A stretch of DNA of 64,000 bases from Candidatus Bathyarchaeota archaeon (GTDB lineage: Archaea; Thermoproteota; Bathyarchaeia; Bathyarchaeales; Bathycorpusculaceae), in contig CAWEPZ010000002.1 of NCBI GenBank assembly GCA_963811105.1, positions 384,001 through 448,000 of the forward strand. Reading direction: 5' to 3'. Under the pieces are notes generated by a model, which did no database searches, was not told the origin of the DNA, and saw only the letters and a list, made by a program, of their open reading frames with translations. Shown in pieces: positions 1 through 11,170 of this stretch (its first letter is position 1; the number at the start of each line of letters is the position of its first letter). The translations under genes and the position numbers were made by a program.

Positions 1-791
1 AAATTGAATCCGCTTTCTCAGCCAAACAAAAATCGTTTTTAGCCAGCCAAATGCTATTTAATTAATTGCTAATTTAGCCAATTTCGGTCAAGTGGGAGCT
101 TTAGAATCTGTCGTATGTTACCAAAGGTCCCGAACATCAAATTTTATGCCGTATGGCTAAATAACAAAACGGTTAAGGGTTCATTCATTCCATCCTCCTC
201 AATCTATTAAATGAAAATTAAGAAACCCTTAATCATGACTCGCCTATAATTGGATGAGCCATCACTCTTCTATTTTTGTCTTTAGGACTGTTTTGGTCAT
301 GCAAGCAAAGAATGACACAACACCAGAATAAACGATGATTAGCGCAGAACCTTAGCCGAAAACGAATAACCGTTTCTATGAAATACTCAGGAAAGTAGTG
401 AATTTGGCTCGAAAAAGCCCTTTCTAACGTTATTTTTGGGTATTTTGAGTTGTTGGACTAAGTTTTAATCTTTTTCTCTCTACCTCTAACTTCTTACTAC
501 TCTTATCAACCCTGACCAGATTATTGTATTAGCTAGCGAGCTCAAAGCTCTGCGAAAAGAATAAGAATAAGCGGAAGCACACGCAGCTACCAAAGAATTT
601 GAAACGGCCTTCCCAATAATCGCGAGCCATTTTGGTAGCCAACAACTATTAGAAAATCAATTATCTGAGTTCCCGTGCACTCCTCTATCATCACATCATC
701 CATTGTAAGTTTGCAAGTGGAAGGTTCTATGAATTCTCTGGCGAATTTAGAGTTTATATAAAAATTTCGGGCCGGATATTAAACTTCTCTG

Positions 792-1007
792 TTATAGCAC
801 TTTGACAGTTTCATCAGGAGCCTTTTCACGTTTTAGATATGCATTTACGGTAAGTACGTTGTTAATGTTTCTAGACATAACTATGGTTATCAATTCCCAC
901 CTATCTAAACCATATTTATTTAACAATTCTTCTGAATTAAGAGTTTCATCTTCGTGAATTAAATCTATTATTTTATATTCCCATTGTTTGTTGGGCAAAT
1001 AAATCAC
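792..1007 (-). CDS. DUF4177-like small protein
   Basis: WEYKII...LNKYGxDRWEL...YLKR pattern typical of DUF4177. Confidence 0.7.
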   Translation of the reverse strand: MIYLPNKQWEYKIIDLIHEDETLNSEELLNKYGLDRWELITIVMSRNINNVLTVNAYLKREKAPDETVKVL

Positions 1008-1116
1008 CGTATAGTTTAGACAGTTTGTTTTAGATTTAAGATTTTTGGATATAAAATTAAGATGGATCTAAAAACGACCGCTTGACTTCTGATATTATAA
1101 TCGAGGTGCGAAAAAT

Positions 1117-1372
1117 ATGGCTGGATTTCACAAAGATAAAAATGGTTACCCAAAATGGAATGACAGTAATAGGCTATTGCATCGAGATGTAGCGAGGAAC
1201 TTGTTTGGGCGTCATATTCCTTTCAATAGACCTGTGCACCACATAGATGGAAACAAGAGTAATTTCCGAAGAAACAATTTGCGCGTTATGAGTAAGAAGT
1301 GAACACGCATCGCTACACGCGAGAAAAAAGCCTATTAGTAAAATAAAGAATAAAAATGCTTCCTCTACTTAA
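1117..1372 (+). pseudogene. Small HNH endonuclease, frameshifted near 1294 (possibly a sequencing indel)
   Basis: LLHRDVA...VHHIDGNKSNFRRNNL; removing one A after ATG AGT gives ...MSRSEHASLH, completing the HNH motif. Confidence 0.65.
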
Positions 1373-1539
1373 TCCAAGATAAAAAAAAGAAAATGTTTGC
1401 GGTTCCTTAAGTTTTATGCTCGATTTCTCTTTAAGCGTTAACATGTTTTTAGGTTTTGCACCAAGTAATAACTTTCTTTTCTGTTTCTACCTTGTTTTTT
1501 AAGGCTTTCGTTAAAGCCATTTCGACAAAAGTAAATTTA

Positions 1540-2151
1540 CTACCATTCATCTCTTTTGCTCATTGATTCTTTCTTAAGGTCTTCATCTATTTCGTTATAA
1601 ATGCTTTTTGCGTTCGATGAAACAACTGTTAACCCAGCACCAGCAACACTCTTGACTATGGGAACCTTAACTAGCCTTGATTCCCTGGTTTGAGGAACAT
1701 ATTGAACGGCAATTTCTTTAGCAGTGAAGTTTAGCTTTTCACCAGAAGACCATGGCTCATACAGTTCGACCCTAATCAAGTACTCTCCTGCAACCATCCC
1801 TTTCATGTCTAAAATTAGTGGATACTCAAAACTGTCGTTTAATAATTGACTTTGAGGGATAATTAGTAATATAGATTTGAGCAGCTGCTCTTGAAAATAC
1901 AGATCAAGTTTTATTTTTGAAAACGACACCTTCGAAGGTTTTAAGCTAAATTCAACTTTGAGGGTTAATTCGTCTTCTTTGATTATTTCGGTGATACGGT
2001 TAATTATTATTTCTTTTGTTGGCTTGATTGGCTCTTTTGCCTTTTTGATGTTGAATTGAAAAGAGAGGTCTTCTAGTGTTGACTGTTTTTTCTGCTTAAC
2101 GTCTACCTTCATTATCTCTCTTTTCTGCTGATTCTTAGTAAAGTTGCTCAT
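1540..2151 (-). CDS. Hypothetical protein, beta-rich (possibly Ig-like) core
   Basis: 203-aa ORF with coding-like composition; no recognised catalytic motif. Confidence 0.65.
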   Translation of the reverse strand: MSNFTKNQQKREIMKVDVKQKKQSTLEDLSFQFNIKKAKEPIKPTKEIIINRITEIIKEDELTLKVEFSLKPSKVSFSKIKLDLYFQEQLLKSILLIIPQSQLLNDSFEYPLILDMKGMVAGEYLIRVELYEPWSSGEKLNFTAKEIAVQYVPQTRESRLVKVPIVKSVAGAGLTVVSSNAKSIYNEIDEDLKKESMSKRDEW

Positions 2152-2378
2152 CGTTATTCAATTAGTCAGTTTTAACTTAATAGTATTTTATGCAACGTTT
2201 AACATAATCCCCTGTCCAATTTTTGCAAAGCAAAGTAAACTATCACAGGCTACAAATGTATAACCAGTTTCAATCAATTCTGTCAAATTTTGTTCGCCCT
2301 CACCAAGAGTCCCCGCTGACGATGAAAAACGGATAAATCTAAAGAAAATAAAGAGGGTTTTTTTGTTTTTTCTGCAGA

Positions 2379-2540
2379 TCAGATTTTCTGCTTGCTGATT
2401 ACTGTCCTGAAGGTTTTGCCACAGCACTCGCTCAGGCCGATAGTAAGTTCCATTCTCTTTCCTGCTTTGTCAGGCCTGCCAGCCATTTTCCAAGTTTTTT
2501 TAGGAGCTACTTCTTTTCCACATTTGGGACATTTTGCCAT
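2379..2540 (-). CDS. cren7: Chromatin protein Cren7-like with Cys ligands (53 aa, not in ORF track)
   Basis: MAKCPKCGKEVAPKKTWKMAGRPDKAGKRMELTIGLSECCGKTFRTVISKQKI; PxKTWxM...IGL...GKxFR Cren7 signature; GGAGG RBS upstream. Confidence 0.85.
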   Translation of the reverse strand: MAKCPKCGKEVAPKKTWKMAGRPDKAGKRMELTIGLSECCGKTFRTVISKQKI

Positions 2541-2782
2541 AAATTCGCCTCCTTGAATGTGACTATAGAATTGTTGACTCTAGCAACGGATAAGACTTTG
2601 CTAAAGAAGCGTTTAGAAAAATGAAACAAACTGGAACTTGAAATCTATCTTAATCAATTCTAAAGGACTAACAGCTAATTCAAATATTGGTAAAACAACC
2701 GAATGCAAGCAAGTTCCAAGTTCTTTATTGCTAACAAATGTCTGTTATCTCACTGTCTGCTTGGAAATAGGATGCTATCGCT

Positions 2783-2845
2783 TTGAAGCCTGAAGAGGAA
2801 GCTCGTAAAAAGATAGCTGAGTTTCTTGAGAAGGCTGGTTGGCAA
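2783..2845 (+). pseudogene. N-terminal relic resembling type I restriction subunit HsdR
   Basis: MKPEEEARKKIAEFLEKAGW matches the HsdR N-terminal pattern; downstream sequence loses similarity. Confidence 0.4.
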
Positions 2846-3045
2846 AAAAACGATAGAGCAGCCTTTGGTGGGGTTCAAATGGACTTCTATCGAAAAACCA
2901 AAACGGTTCGGTGGGTTGACAAAACCATAGACGATAAAGAAAAAACCAACGACGATAGGTCTTTATCTTCTAGGCCTGGAGAAATCTCTCGCAAAATCTT
3001 TTTTTGCTTAAAATTAGAAGAAAGATATAGGTACACTCAAATAAA

Positions 3046-3282
3046 TCATTCTTCTGCTCCCGAGTAGCAATTTCGGAGGTGTGTTATGTGAGAGTGGACA
3101 AATTCTTGTTCTGCAAGTGTTTTTTGTATAAGGTCTTGGATGGCAGAGTTCATATTTCCCTTAAAGTATGGTTTCACAATTCTCTCGTTAAACTCGTTGA
3201 ACAAAGAGGCTGGAACGTTATGAAATGTTAAGTCCACGAGGACCCCGTTTTCCATCATCGAGCTTGCTGTTCTTTTTTTCAT
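3046..3282 (-). CDS. Small conserved hypothetical protein; paralog of 37861-38094
   Basis: LVDLTFHxVPAS..EF.E.IV.P..KGN.N.AIQDLI shared with 37861-38094. Confidence 0.75.
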   Translation of the reverse strand: MKKRTASSMMENGVLVDLTFHNVPASLFNEFNERIVKPYFKGNMNSAIQDLIQKTLAEQEFVHSHITHLRNCYSGAEE

Positions 3283-4213
3283 ATGTGACCAATTATTTCT
3301 ATAACAGTGAGATCTTAAATAGTTTATTAAGTATTACGATTTATTAAAGATATTGAGTGAAACAAACTGCGGAACTTGATGTTCCAACTAAAGGTAGAAG
3401 ATCCATTAGGATGCGATTACTTCGAAGCTTGCAGAGGAAGCGCCTCCATTGCGAGCACTTAAAGGAGTAACTCAGATTATTTTCACAGTTCTTCTTTTTT
3501 TCAAAACCAATCTAAAACATTACCAATCAGGTTTTCTCTCTTCGAAATGTTAAATGTACATTGCCCCAACAATAAGAACCAGCCTTGTATTGACAACCTT
3601 TACAAGCCATACCGATGAATTTAGGTATAGACTCTTATTTTGATTGGACCGAACAAAAATCTTTTTCGGTTCACTTTGATTGACAGCACACAATCTTTTT
3701 GCTACTTCTACCGAATGGCATTTTTCATAAATTGAAGGTTGAAAAATGGACTGAGGACAAGGTTGATTTCCTCATTCACGAATACTTAATTCAAATTCGC
3801 CCAGTATAGTCTCAACTTTAGTGTATTCACAAAATAGCACTTTTCCGCCTTTTTTCTCATTGTCGGTTATGGCCATGCCGTTTACGTTCTCCTTTGAATA
3901 AATGTTTTTTACATCCGCTAACCTGTGTTAGGTAAGACGGACTAATGAAATAGTCAGAGATTGTATTTCATTCATAGCGGTTAGTTAGGATATTTCTTTT
4001 TCTGAGGCAATTTTCGCATCAATGTGCGGCGTATTATCAAATCGTTCTTTGCGAAAAATACGCTGAGTTATTAGAAATTCAAATACTGAATTATCCGAAA
4101 GAGATGCTTATGGCAACCCTGCCGAGTAATTCAAATCAATGTTGCAGGCATTTACGGCTTTATGCCACTACTCGTTGGATTGTCTAAGTCAACGACTCTG
4201 ACACATTCCCAGA

Positions 4214-4633
4214 TTACATTGATTTTTGACTAACTATCAAAGACTGGTTTTCTTTTTGATGTGTTGTTCTCGTCGAGATTAGCGAAGATGTTTGCATTTG
4301 GATTTTGTTGTCGTTTGTTATATTTTTGCAGATGAGGTTAAGTGAGCTTTCGGTAAAGTTTAAGACATTTTTTCCTGCGTTTGTGAGCTTGTACATTTTT
4401 CGCGGCCTTTCTGAATCCATGTTCCAGGTGCTTTCTGCGTAACCTTTTTTCTCCAGCAGCCCTAGTAATGGGTATATGGTGCTGGCTCCGAAGTTGACGC
4501 CGAAGCCTTTTCGGATTTTGATGATTAACTGGTATCCATGCATAGATTCATGGTCTAGATATTGAAGAATAATCATGTCTAAGAGGCCTTTGGTGAGTTT
4601 CTTGTGGGCTTCTTTTTGGCTGGTATTGTTCAC
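4214..4633 (-). CDS. PadR-family transcriptional regulator
   Basis: KGLLDMIIL...MHGYQL...TIYPLL..LEKKG...RPRKMYKLTNAG. Confidence 0.9.
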   Translation of the reverse strand: MNNTSQKEAHKKLTKGLLDMIILQYLDHESMHGYQLIIKIRKGFGVNFGASTIYPLLGLLEKKGYAESTWNMDSERPRKMYKLTNAGKNVLNFTESSLNLICKNITNDNKIQMQTSSLISTRTTHQKENQSLIVSQKSM

Positions 4634-4658
4634 TTTAAGTTTTTCTCCTGTTGTTGTG

Positions 4659-4695
4659 TTGTACGGATGTACAATGTGTCTGTTTAAGACACATT
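4659..4695. promoter_or_regulatory. Two abutting palindromes upstream of the PadR gene (candidate auto-operator)
   Basis: TTGTAC-GGAT-GTACAA (4659-4674) and AATGTGTCT-GTTTA-AGACACATT (4673-4695). Confidence 0.45.
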
Positions 4696-5010
4696 TATTA
4701 TGTCTTCATAATACAAAAACCGCCACATAAACCCTCGTACATAACGCAAGCATATCAAAATGACCAAGAGCCCCTAATTGTCGAACACAAATACATGTCA
4801 ATACATTAAATATGCCTTAAAAATCATTACATTTCGTTTAAAGAGAACTGTACAGCAGGTACACACAAAACTCGCAGACTACATCAAACTTTAGAAAACA
4901 CTGAATCATTTTGCACGGTGTACTTCTGCAGGGAGACCCGATAGATCATATGACAAACGGAAGATATGGACTCTTGATTTTTCGAAGCCAATATCTACGT
5001 TAAAGTTGTT

Positions 5011-5244
5011 TTATTTTTTTCCTTTAATGGGAGTTCGGTTCATTCTCAAAACAGATAGCATTAGTGATATGAAAACTGCAGCCATTATGGCGCCTGCAAT
5101 GCTTCTTTCCAGGGAACTTTGGGCTTTGTAAAACCAAAGTGCAAAGAGAATTTCAGCCACCAAAAGCATTACCGCAAGCAGCGAGTATGGACCAGATATT
5201 TTGGCTGGATCAATTTCCTTTGTTTTGAATATGATTTTTGCCAA
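5011..5244 (-). CDS. Small two-TM membrane protein
   Basis: Two hydrophobic segments and a basic C-terminus. Confidence 0.6.
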   Translation of the reverse strand: MAKIIFKTKEIDPAKISGPYSLLAVMLLVAEILFALWFYKAQSSLERSIAGAIMAAVFISLMLSVLRMNRTPIKGKK

Positions 5245-5959
5245 ATTGATTTCGCCTTAAAAGAAACAGCGGCAAGGGTTGCTTATTACGTTAATTGAGG
5301 GTGGGAATGCGGTTTTGTCTGAGGCAAAATTCTTCGGCATGCAGAAATTCCAAGGGTAAAATTTTCTCGGAGACCCTATTTATGCAAAATTCGAGTTTTC
5401 ATGGATTGGGAGGTGTGTCTGATTGGTTTTGTGCTGTGTTTTTGGCAGGGTGATTCGTCGTGCCGAAACACTTCATCGGATACATTTCCCTCGTTTCCCT
5501 TTGAAAAATTGAGAGTTGAGTTTATTGCGGCGGGCGATTTCTCACTCAGATGAGTCTAAATGCCAAAGAAACAAAGATTGATATCCTTCAGATTGTGACA
5601 TATTTAGACTTCCATCCCTTTTTTGTAACGTATATAGACAGGGTCTTATCTCGGAAGGGTTGTAACAAATTGTTGTATTCTCTTGGGAAAACGAGCGTAA
5701 TCAGATCGTACTCTTAGATTTTTTTCCGTCCTTGTACCCTCTTTATGACTTATCATACGAAGCTTCACAATGCAAATTCTCCAATGTCGCAGCAGGCTCT
5801 ATTGTTTTTGCTCTCTGAATGCTTCGCAGATTAATTCAGTGTTGTAGCCTTCGAAGCTGAGCAAGTTTGACGCAGAAAAGTAAAGTAGCGTAGTTCTAAT
5901 TAGGTGTTATCTCACAATCACATACCCTTAAAGAGCAGAAACTCTTCCTCATTCTACTG

Positions 5960-6298
5960 GTGAAAATTTTGAAGTTTTTGGTTATTGGTAAAGGAATTGA
6001 TTATGGTGGTCCAATCAACCCAGCAGATTTTGCAATGTTCTCTGAATATGTCATATTGCCAAGTATTGCAATGGTGAAGGATTGGGAGGACAAAGGAAAG
6101 GTTGTTGGCGGACTCTTTGCAGGTCAAAGGGCAGGTGTAATAATAGTTGAAGCAACCTCGGGCGAAGAATTAAGCAGCATGCTGCAATTTTTGCCGTTTT
6201 GGGGACAAAACACTTGGGAAATAATTCCACTGCAATCTTTCCAATCAGGAATCGAGAATGTGAAAATGCAAATCACCAATGCAAAGAAAATGGCTTGA
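5960..6298 (+). CDS. Muconolactone isomerase-like / dimeric alpha+beta barrel protein
   Basis: GKVVGGLFAGQRAGVIIVEA.S.EEL..ML..LPFW....WEIIPL pattern. Confidence 0.6.
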   Translation: MKILKFLVIGKGIDYGGPINPADFAMFSEYVILPSIAMVKDWEDKGKVVGGLFAGQRAGVIIVEATSGEELSSMLQFLPFWGQNTWEIIPLQSFQSGIENVKMQITNAKKMA

Positions 6299-6639
6299 TT
6301 TTACCTTAACTTTTTCAGCTTCGCCATTAATTATTTGACAAGAGTTGGCAGTAACTTTGCCAGCGCCTACGCGATCTTGCATTCTTCCTTTTTGAGTTTA
6401 CCTTTAACTTTATCTTTGCTCATGAAATTTCACTATAACTATAATGCCTCTGAGATTTTATTAAGTATGTGAGACTGCTATTAGGACCTAACAAACAACG
6501 TGCCATTGCTTTAAAGAGACCCTACTTTTTTTGTGGGTTGGTTTGGATTAAGATACAGAACAGCTGATGTTAATCTTTTTCTGGATTTTACAAAAAGAAA
6601 AAAAGAAAGATTGTATTTTGTTTTCTACTTATGTCATCT

Positions 6640-9252
6640 TTACTTTCGTCGCAATAGGATTAGTACGCCTACTATGAGCACTACAATGATTATTGCGATG
6701 CCCATGCCTACGATTGTCATTGTGTAATCTATTGGTTGCGCAGCTTGTGTGGGGGTTGCTGTTGGTGTTGGTGCTGATCCCACTGAGAGTCCGGTTTCTG
6801 CCCACGAACTGCCGTATGAGTCACTGCCTGCGAACGTAGCTGTGATCTTGTATAGTCCTTCAGCTGCTGGTTTCCATTCAATTTGGTAGCTACCACTTGT
6901 GTCGCTTGTTGCGGTTCCGATGTTGATCGGGTTGCCGTTCGAGTCGATGGCATAGAGTGCTACTGGAACACCAGTTACTGTAATGTTGTGGTAGTATCCG
7001 TCGGCTGGCATTTGCATGTGTTTGTAGTCCATCCATGTATCCATTGCATTATCTGCGATACATGGGGTTCCTGGTTGAGCAGGAGACATGTCCATAACAG
7101 TTCCTTGTATGATGACTTTGCTGTCTTTTGCCACTTCGGTCTGCGGTGCCATCACTGTTGTTTGGCTTGGGCCTTTGCCCATGACGTACATGAATCCGTC
7201 ATAGCCGCTGGATGATACCATGTAACCGTCTGCTGCTGGTCCTGGATCCATTAATGTGCCGCTTATTTTCCACATGAATTCGCCTGTCGTCACGTTGAGG
7301 CAGATTAGTCCCCAGCCTCGGGTCGCTGGTGAGGATGGTGAATGTTCAGAGTTGGATATGTAGGCTTTTCCATCGGCAATTCTGATGCTCTGGACCGAAT
7401 AGCTATCTATAGTTCCGTTGGCGGAGTTGTACGGGGATTCGAATGGAACTGCTGGGTCAACGTAGTGCCATACTATTGCGCCGTTGGTTTCATTAAGTGC
7501 CCAAATGCCAGTGTAGCCAGTGCCAATGACCATGTCTTTGTATGCTGCTTCATCGTACATCCAGAATTCGCCCCATGGAGCGTCGTTCATTTGAGTTTCC
7601 CATAGTATGTTACCGGTATATTCGTCGCGGGCTTGCCAGTATCCACGTTCCATTTCAGCAACGTAGATTCCGTGTCTGCACCAGCCGTTGGTTGGTCTGT
7701 AAGCTGATTCCATCAAGGTTGCAGGGCTGGATACGTTCCATAAAGATTTCCCAGTTACTAAGCTAACAGCTTCATAACTTGACCCGTAAAAGCCTCCGTA
7801 TATGAACCTGTTTTGATTAATAGTGATGCCTGTGTCAGGGTCGTATGCGCCCATAGCGCCGTAGGATCCGATTTCATAAAGCGTTCTGTAGCTGTTCGGT
7901 ATGGTAACGGTTAAGTTGCTTACAATCCTTGTAGTGAAGTTGGTTGAGACGCCTTGTGTTGTCCAGTTTACCAGAAAACCTGTTGTAGACTTGGTGAGTG
8001 TAATGTTACCGTTTGTGACTTGATTGTTCTGGAATGACAGGTAGCTTAAGTAATAACCATCTCTGTAGAGAAATTCAGCCGTGCCTATGTTTGGAATTGA
8101 AATGTTAGTTGTTATAGCGCCGGTGTATGGATTGATTTTGTATAATCTCATGGTGTTTCCACTGCCGCTCACAGTTAAAAGTTCTGCTGTGACACCTGAT
8201 GCTTCTCCTGTGCCTTTCCAGTAAGCAATGTGATTGGGCGTGATGCCGCCATCATTAGTGGGTATATCGTAGTATATTTCTCCTGTGCGTAAGTCATAGC
8301 ATTCTGCTACTGATGCTGGTATTTGGCGGTAGGATCCGTTGATTAATTGACTTGTCATTTTAGTTACGGTCTGGTAGCATCTTCCCATGAAGATTACGCT
8401 TGGTGTTCCTGCGCTGCCTGATATTGAGTATTGCCCTGCTTCGCCTCCAATTATGCCTGCTAAGGCTCCTTGTCTCTTCCATAGTATGTGTGGGGTGTTT
8501 GGCGCTGTGATGAAGGGACCATAATATTCGTCGCTCCATGCTTCTGCACCGCCTATGAATTCGCTAAATGGATAGTTTCCCGAGATCGTTGCCCATTCTC
8601 TGTTATTTGGCTCAATTGGACGACTCCAATAGTCAGTTGGAAGCGGTGATTGCCAAGATGCAACCAAGTCACTTTGTACAGTTACGACTACGGTGTTGGA
8701 AGTGGCGGGTGTGCAATAATCAGAAGGGTTAAAAATCGCGCCTGAAAAAGCCCCAGTGCGAGTGGTAGAGTATTGTCCGTTACTATAGTATCCTGCTGGG
8801 AACCACTCGCCTGCGAAGTTGAATACGAAACTCCATTGGCCAATTGTGTCAGGCGTGTAGGTGAACCAGCTTGTTCCGTCTGCAACATAAGAATGGAGAT
8901 TAATGTCTTCCGTGGTGCCATCAGGGTGTGTTATTGTCACTTTGTATCCTGTCATATATTTGCCCTCACCTGACGGGAAGGTAATCCACATGTTAACCAA
9001 CAGTTCTTGACGAAGTCCGATTTTGCCGGGTGAAACACTCAGGAAAGCCAAGTCACTAATTGTGTAGTCAGCAGTCTGACCGGCGGGCACAGTGGTTGGT
9101 CCTTCATACCCATTTACGTCGCCACCGTGCGCAGGTCCTTCTTGAGCTTTGGCTAGCTGGATTGGAATTGCTAATACCGCAAGAGATGCCATCAATAGAA
9201 TCAAAATGATTGTCGATGTTGATTTTAAATTTGTCGAGTATTTAATTTTCAT
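6640..9252 (-). CDS. Secreted PQQ-like beta-propeller protein with C-terminal Ig-like domain, PT linker and TM anchor
   Basis: Signal peptide; repeated ..TG..LW motifs; PTPTATPT linker; hydrophobic tail ending RRK. Confidence 0.85.
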   Translation of the reverse strand: MKIKYSTNLKSTSTIILILLMASLAVLAIPIQLAKAQEGPAHGGDVNGYEGPTTVPAGQTADYTISDLAFLSVSPGKIGLRQELLVNMWITFPSGEGKYMTGYKVTITHPDGTTEDINLHSYVADGTSWFTYTPDTIGQWSFVFNFAGEWFPAGYYSNGQYSTTRTGAFSGAIFNPSDYCTPATSNTVVVTVQSDLVASWQSPLPTDYWSRPIEPNNREWATISGNYPFSEFIGGAEAWSDEYYGPFITAPNTPHILWKRQGALAGIIGGEAGQYSISGSAGTPSVIFMGRCYQTVTKMTSQLINGSYRQIPASVAECYDLRTGEIYYDIPTNDGGITPNHIAYWKGTGEASGVTAELLTVSGSGNTMRLYKINPYTGAITTNISIPNIGTAEFLYRDGYYLSYLSFQNNQVTNGNITLTKSTTGFLVNWTTQGVSTNFTTRIVSNLTVTIPNSYRTLYEIGSYGAMGAYDPDTGITINQNRFIYGGFYGSSYEAVSLVTGKSLWNVSSPATLMESAYRPTNGWCRHGIYVAEMERGYWQARDEYTGNILWETQMNDAPWGEFWMYDEAAYKDMVIGTGYTGIWALNETNGAIVWHYVDPAVPFESPYNSANGTIDSYSVQSIRIADGKAYISNSEHSPSSPATRGWGLICLNVTTGEFMWKISGTLMDPGPAADGYMVSSSGYDGFMYVMGKGPSQTTVMAPQTEVAKDSKVIIQGTVMDMSPAQPGTPCIADNAMDTWMDYKHMQMPADGYYHNITVTGVPVALYAIDSNGNPINIGTATSDTSGSYQIEWKPAAEGLYKITATFAGSDSYGSSWAETGLSVGSAPTPTATPTQAAQPIDYTMTIVGMGIAIIIVVLIVGVLILLRRK

Positions 9253-9579
9253 TTTTCTTTTCCTTCAATTTTTTTTGAAAAAAATGCTCGTCTAAAAACA
9301 TCTTTTTCTCTTAGAGAGTTATGTTGCGATTTGCTAATAAATTGAATTGGAAAGTGGCCACTGAGAACACCAATGCAGGATTATTGGTTACTTAGAAAAA
9401 AGCTGAAACTATGTAAAGTATGGCTACTGTCGGAGAATTTAGACATGCACTTCACGCTCTTGTTATCCTGAGCCTGGAAACTAGGAGGTCAAGCAGTGGC
9501 ATTTAGACCGTGACAGTGGAAAGTTTTGCGGAGGGTCTCCCGAAGGCTATCTGACTTTTGACGACTTCTTTGGGCCTTC

Positions 9580-9795
9580 TTCCCCGGAGATGACTCATAC
9601 AGCAGTTCATATGTAGCAACCTCAGACTCAGTATCACTAGCGCCTTCCGCTGCGCCAACAGCAACAACAGCAACAGCCGTACCAAGCGAAATTACGATGC
9701 CCATCCTGTCTTATGTAGTAGCAGCAATAATCGTTATCGTCATAGCAATCGCAATAGTTGGCGCACTTATTCTGAGAAGCCTAAGAAAAAGATAA
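9580..9795 (+). pseudogene. 3' remnant of a paralogous beta-propeller surface protein
   Basis: FPGDDSYSSSYVATS..APTATT..IVIAIAIVGALILRSLRKR* parallels FAGSDSYGSSWAET..TM-RRK of 6640-9252; no N-terminus. Confidence 0.75.
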
Positions 9796-10322
9796 ACACA
9801 ACTTAATTCCAAACCAACTTTCTCCTTTTTTTAGGTAAATACAAATTAAACATGGAAGAATCTCTTCCGCACAGAATGTGCACCAATCGTTTTAGAATGG
9901 ATCCCGTATATTAGCGCGATTTGATCTAGTCTTTCATAAAAGTCATTGTTTCTCGTGCAAGGGACCTATTAATAAAGACAGGTGCTATTGTTTTGAAACT
10001 CAAAACTTTAACATATTCGGCTAAATCGTTAGCCGTGTGGTCTAATTGAAACTTGTTGATTTACCCTTATCGATAAAGCTATAACAATCGCATTTCAGTT
10101 TAAATTGTTCATGCCGACGAAAACTAATAAGCTTCTAAAATGCGTCTTCATTGAAAAAACAGTCATAGAAGGTTGAGCGAAAAATTATGAAACTATAATC
10201 GTTTATTTAAGCAAGCTTCATAATCGGCAAGGAGCAGCTTGAATGGCTCTCTATTTGTTCTGCGATATGGCGGGAGTAAAACCCAACGACTGCTAATTAA
10301 TATCGAGGCAAGACAGTGCGCT

Positions 10323-10472
10323 TTAGAACAGATAGGGTCTTTGGTGACTTGCTTTATTTCCTGTTTCTTCGACTATGGGGAGCACTGTTTTGAGTTCTAT
10401 GAACTTCTTGAGCATTGTAACGCCGCGTTGCGTGATCGCGTATATTTTTCTTTCTCTAATAATGATTTTCAT
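10323..10472 (-). pseudogene. C-terminal duplicate of the wHTH gene at 13229-13534
   Basis: About 150 nt directly alignable with 13229-13379; encodes ERKIYAITQRG..LPIVEETGN..PYLF*. Confidence 0.8.
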
Positions 10473-10797
10473 TCCCTACAATATCCACGTTTCCGCATTA
10501 AATAACAATAATAATACCTTTGCAGCAAAAAAGACCCGCTGTTTTCCAACCGGTTATAACTCTTATTCTTTTGTAAGGGTTTTTTATGCAGCGTTTAGGG
10601 ACTTTAGCATGCAAATCGACTCAAGTTTTAGTTCTACGAGTGCATCTGAAGACTTTTTAACTTGTAGCTGTAGGGTCCCACAGACATGAACATAAAAGGA
10701 TGACCGCGAATATAGCTATCCATAAAGAAATTGAATTGAGACTCCTAAAGCCAACTTTCACTAATAAAAATTAGCGAAGAAAACGATACTTAGTTTC

Positions 10798-11163
10798 TTG
10801 ATTCCGATAAGTAACTCAACATCGAAAAAGGGGGATTTAAATTTGAGAAGAAACAAACTGGAAACATGTTTAGTCATTCTTGAGACATTGGCTAGTTATG
10901 GTCCTTTAAAGATAACTCACGTAATTCAAAAGGCCAATGTTAACTGCAATGTACTGAAGAACTATTTTGATTTTCTGATTAAACAAGGTGCAGTTGAAGA
11001 GAGGTCTGTTGGGAGGAATAGAATTGTCTACGCGATTACGGAGCGTGGCTTATTCTTGATCAAGTGCTTTAGAGGACTAAACCGCATGATTCCCACGTGG
11101 AGAATTAGAAATGAAATTCCTTCAACCAAAGCAAAGAACGAACTTATCTTACAATTAGCATAA
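10798..11163 (+). CDS. Winged-helix (HTH_45/ArsR-like) regulator; start probably TTG 10843
   Basis: RRNKLE...GPLKITHVIQKANVN...YAITERG; paralog of 13229-13534. Confidence 0.8.
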   Translation: MIPISNSTSKKGDLNLRRNKLETCLVILETLASYGPLKITHVIQKANVNCNVLKNYFDFLIKQGAVEERSVGRNRIVYAITERGLFLIKCFRGLNRMIPTWRIRNEIPSTKAKNELILQLA

Positions 11164-11170
11164 AGAATAC

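Noticed and set aside
1300-1302. TGA read-through (selenocysteine) in the HNH ORF
   Set aside because: The conserved HNH end (SEHASLH) lies in another frame, so a 1-nt insertion explains it.
6533-8973. Numerous 60-120 aa ORFs antisense or out of frame within long genes (here and throughout, e.g. 2188-2427, 10375-10689, 12433-12852, 59848-62515)
   Set aside because: Shadow ORFs overlapping well-supported genes or relics, with no motifs of their own.
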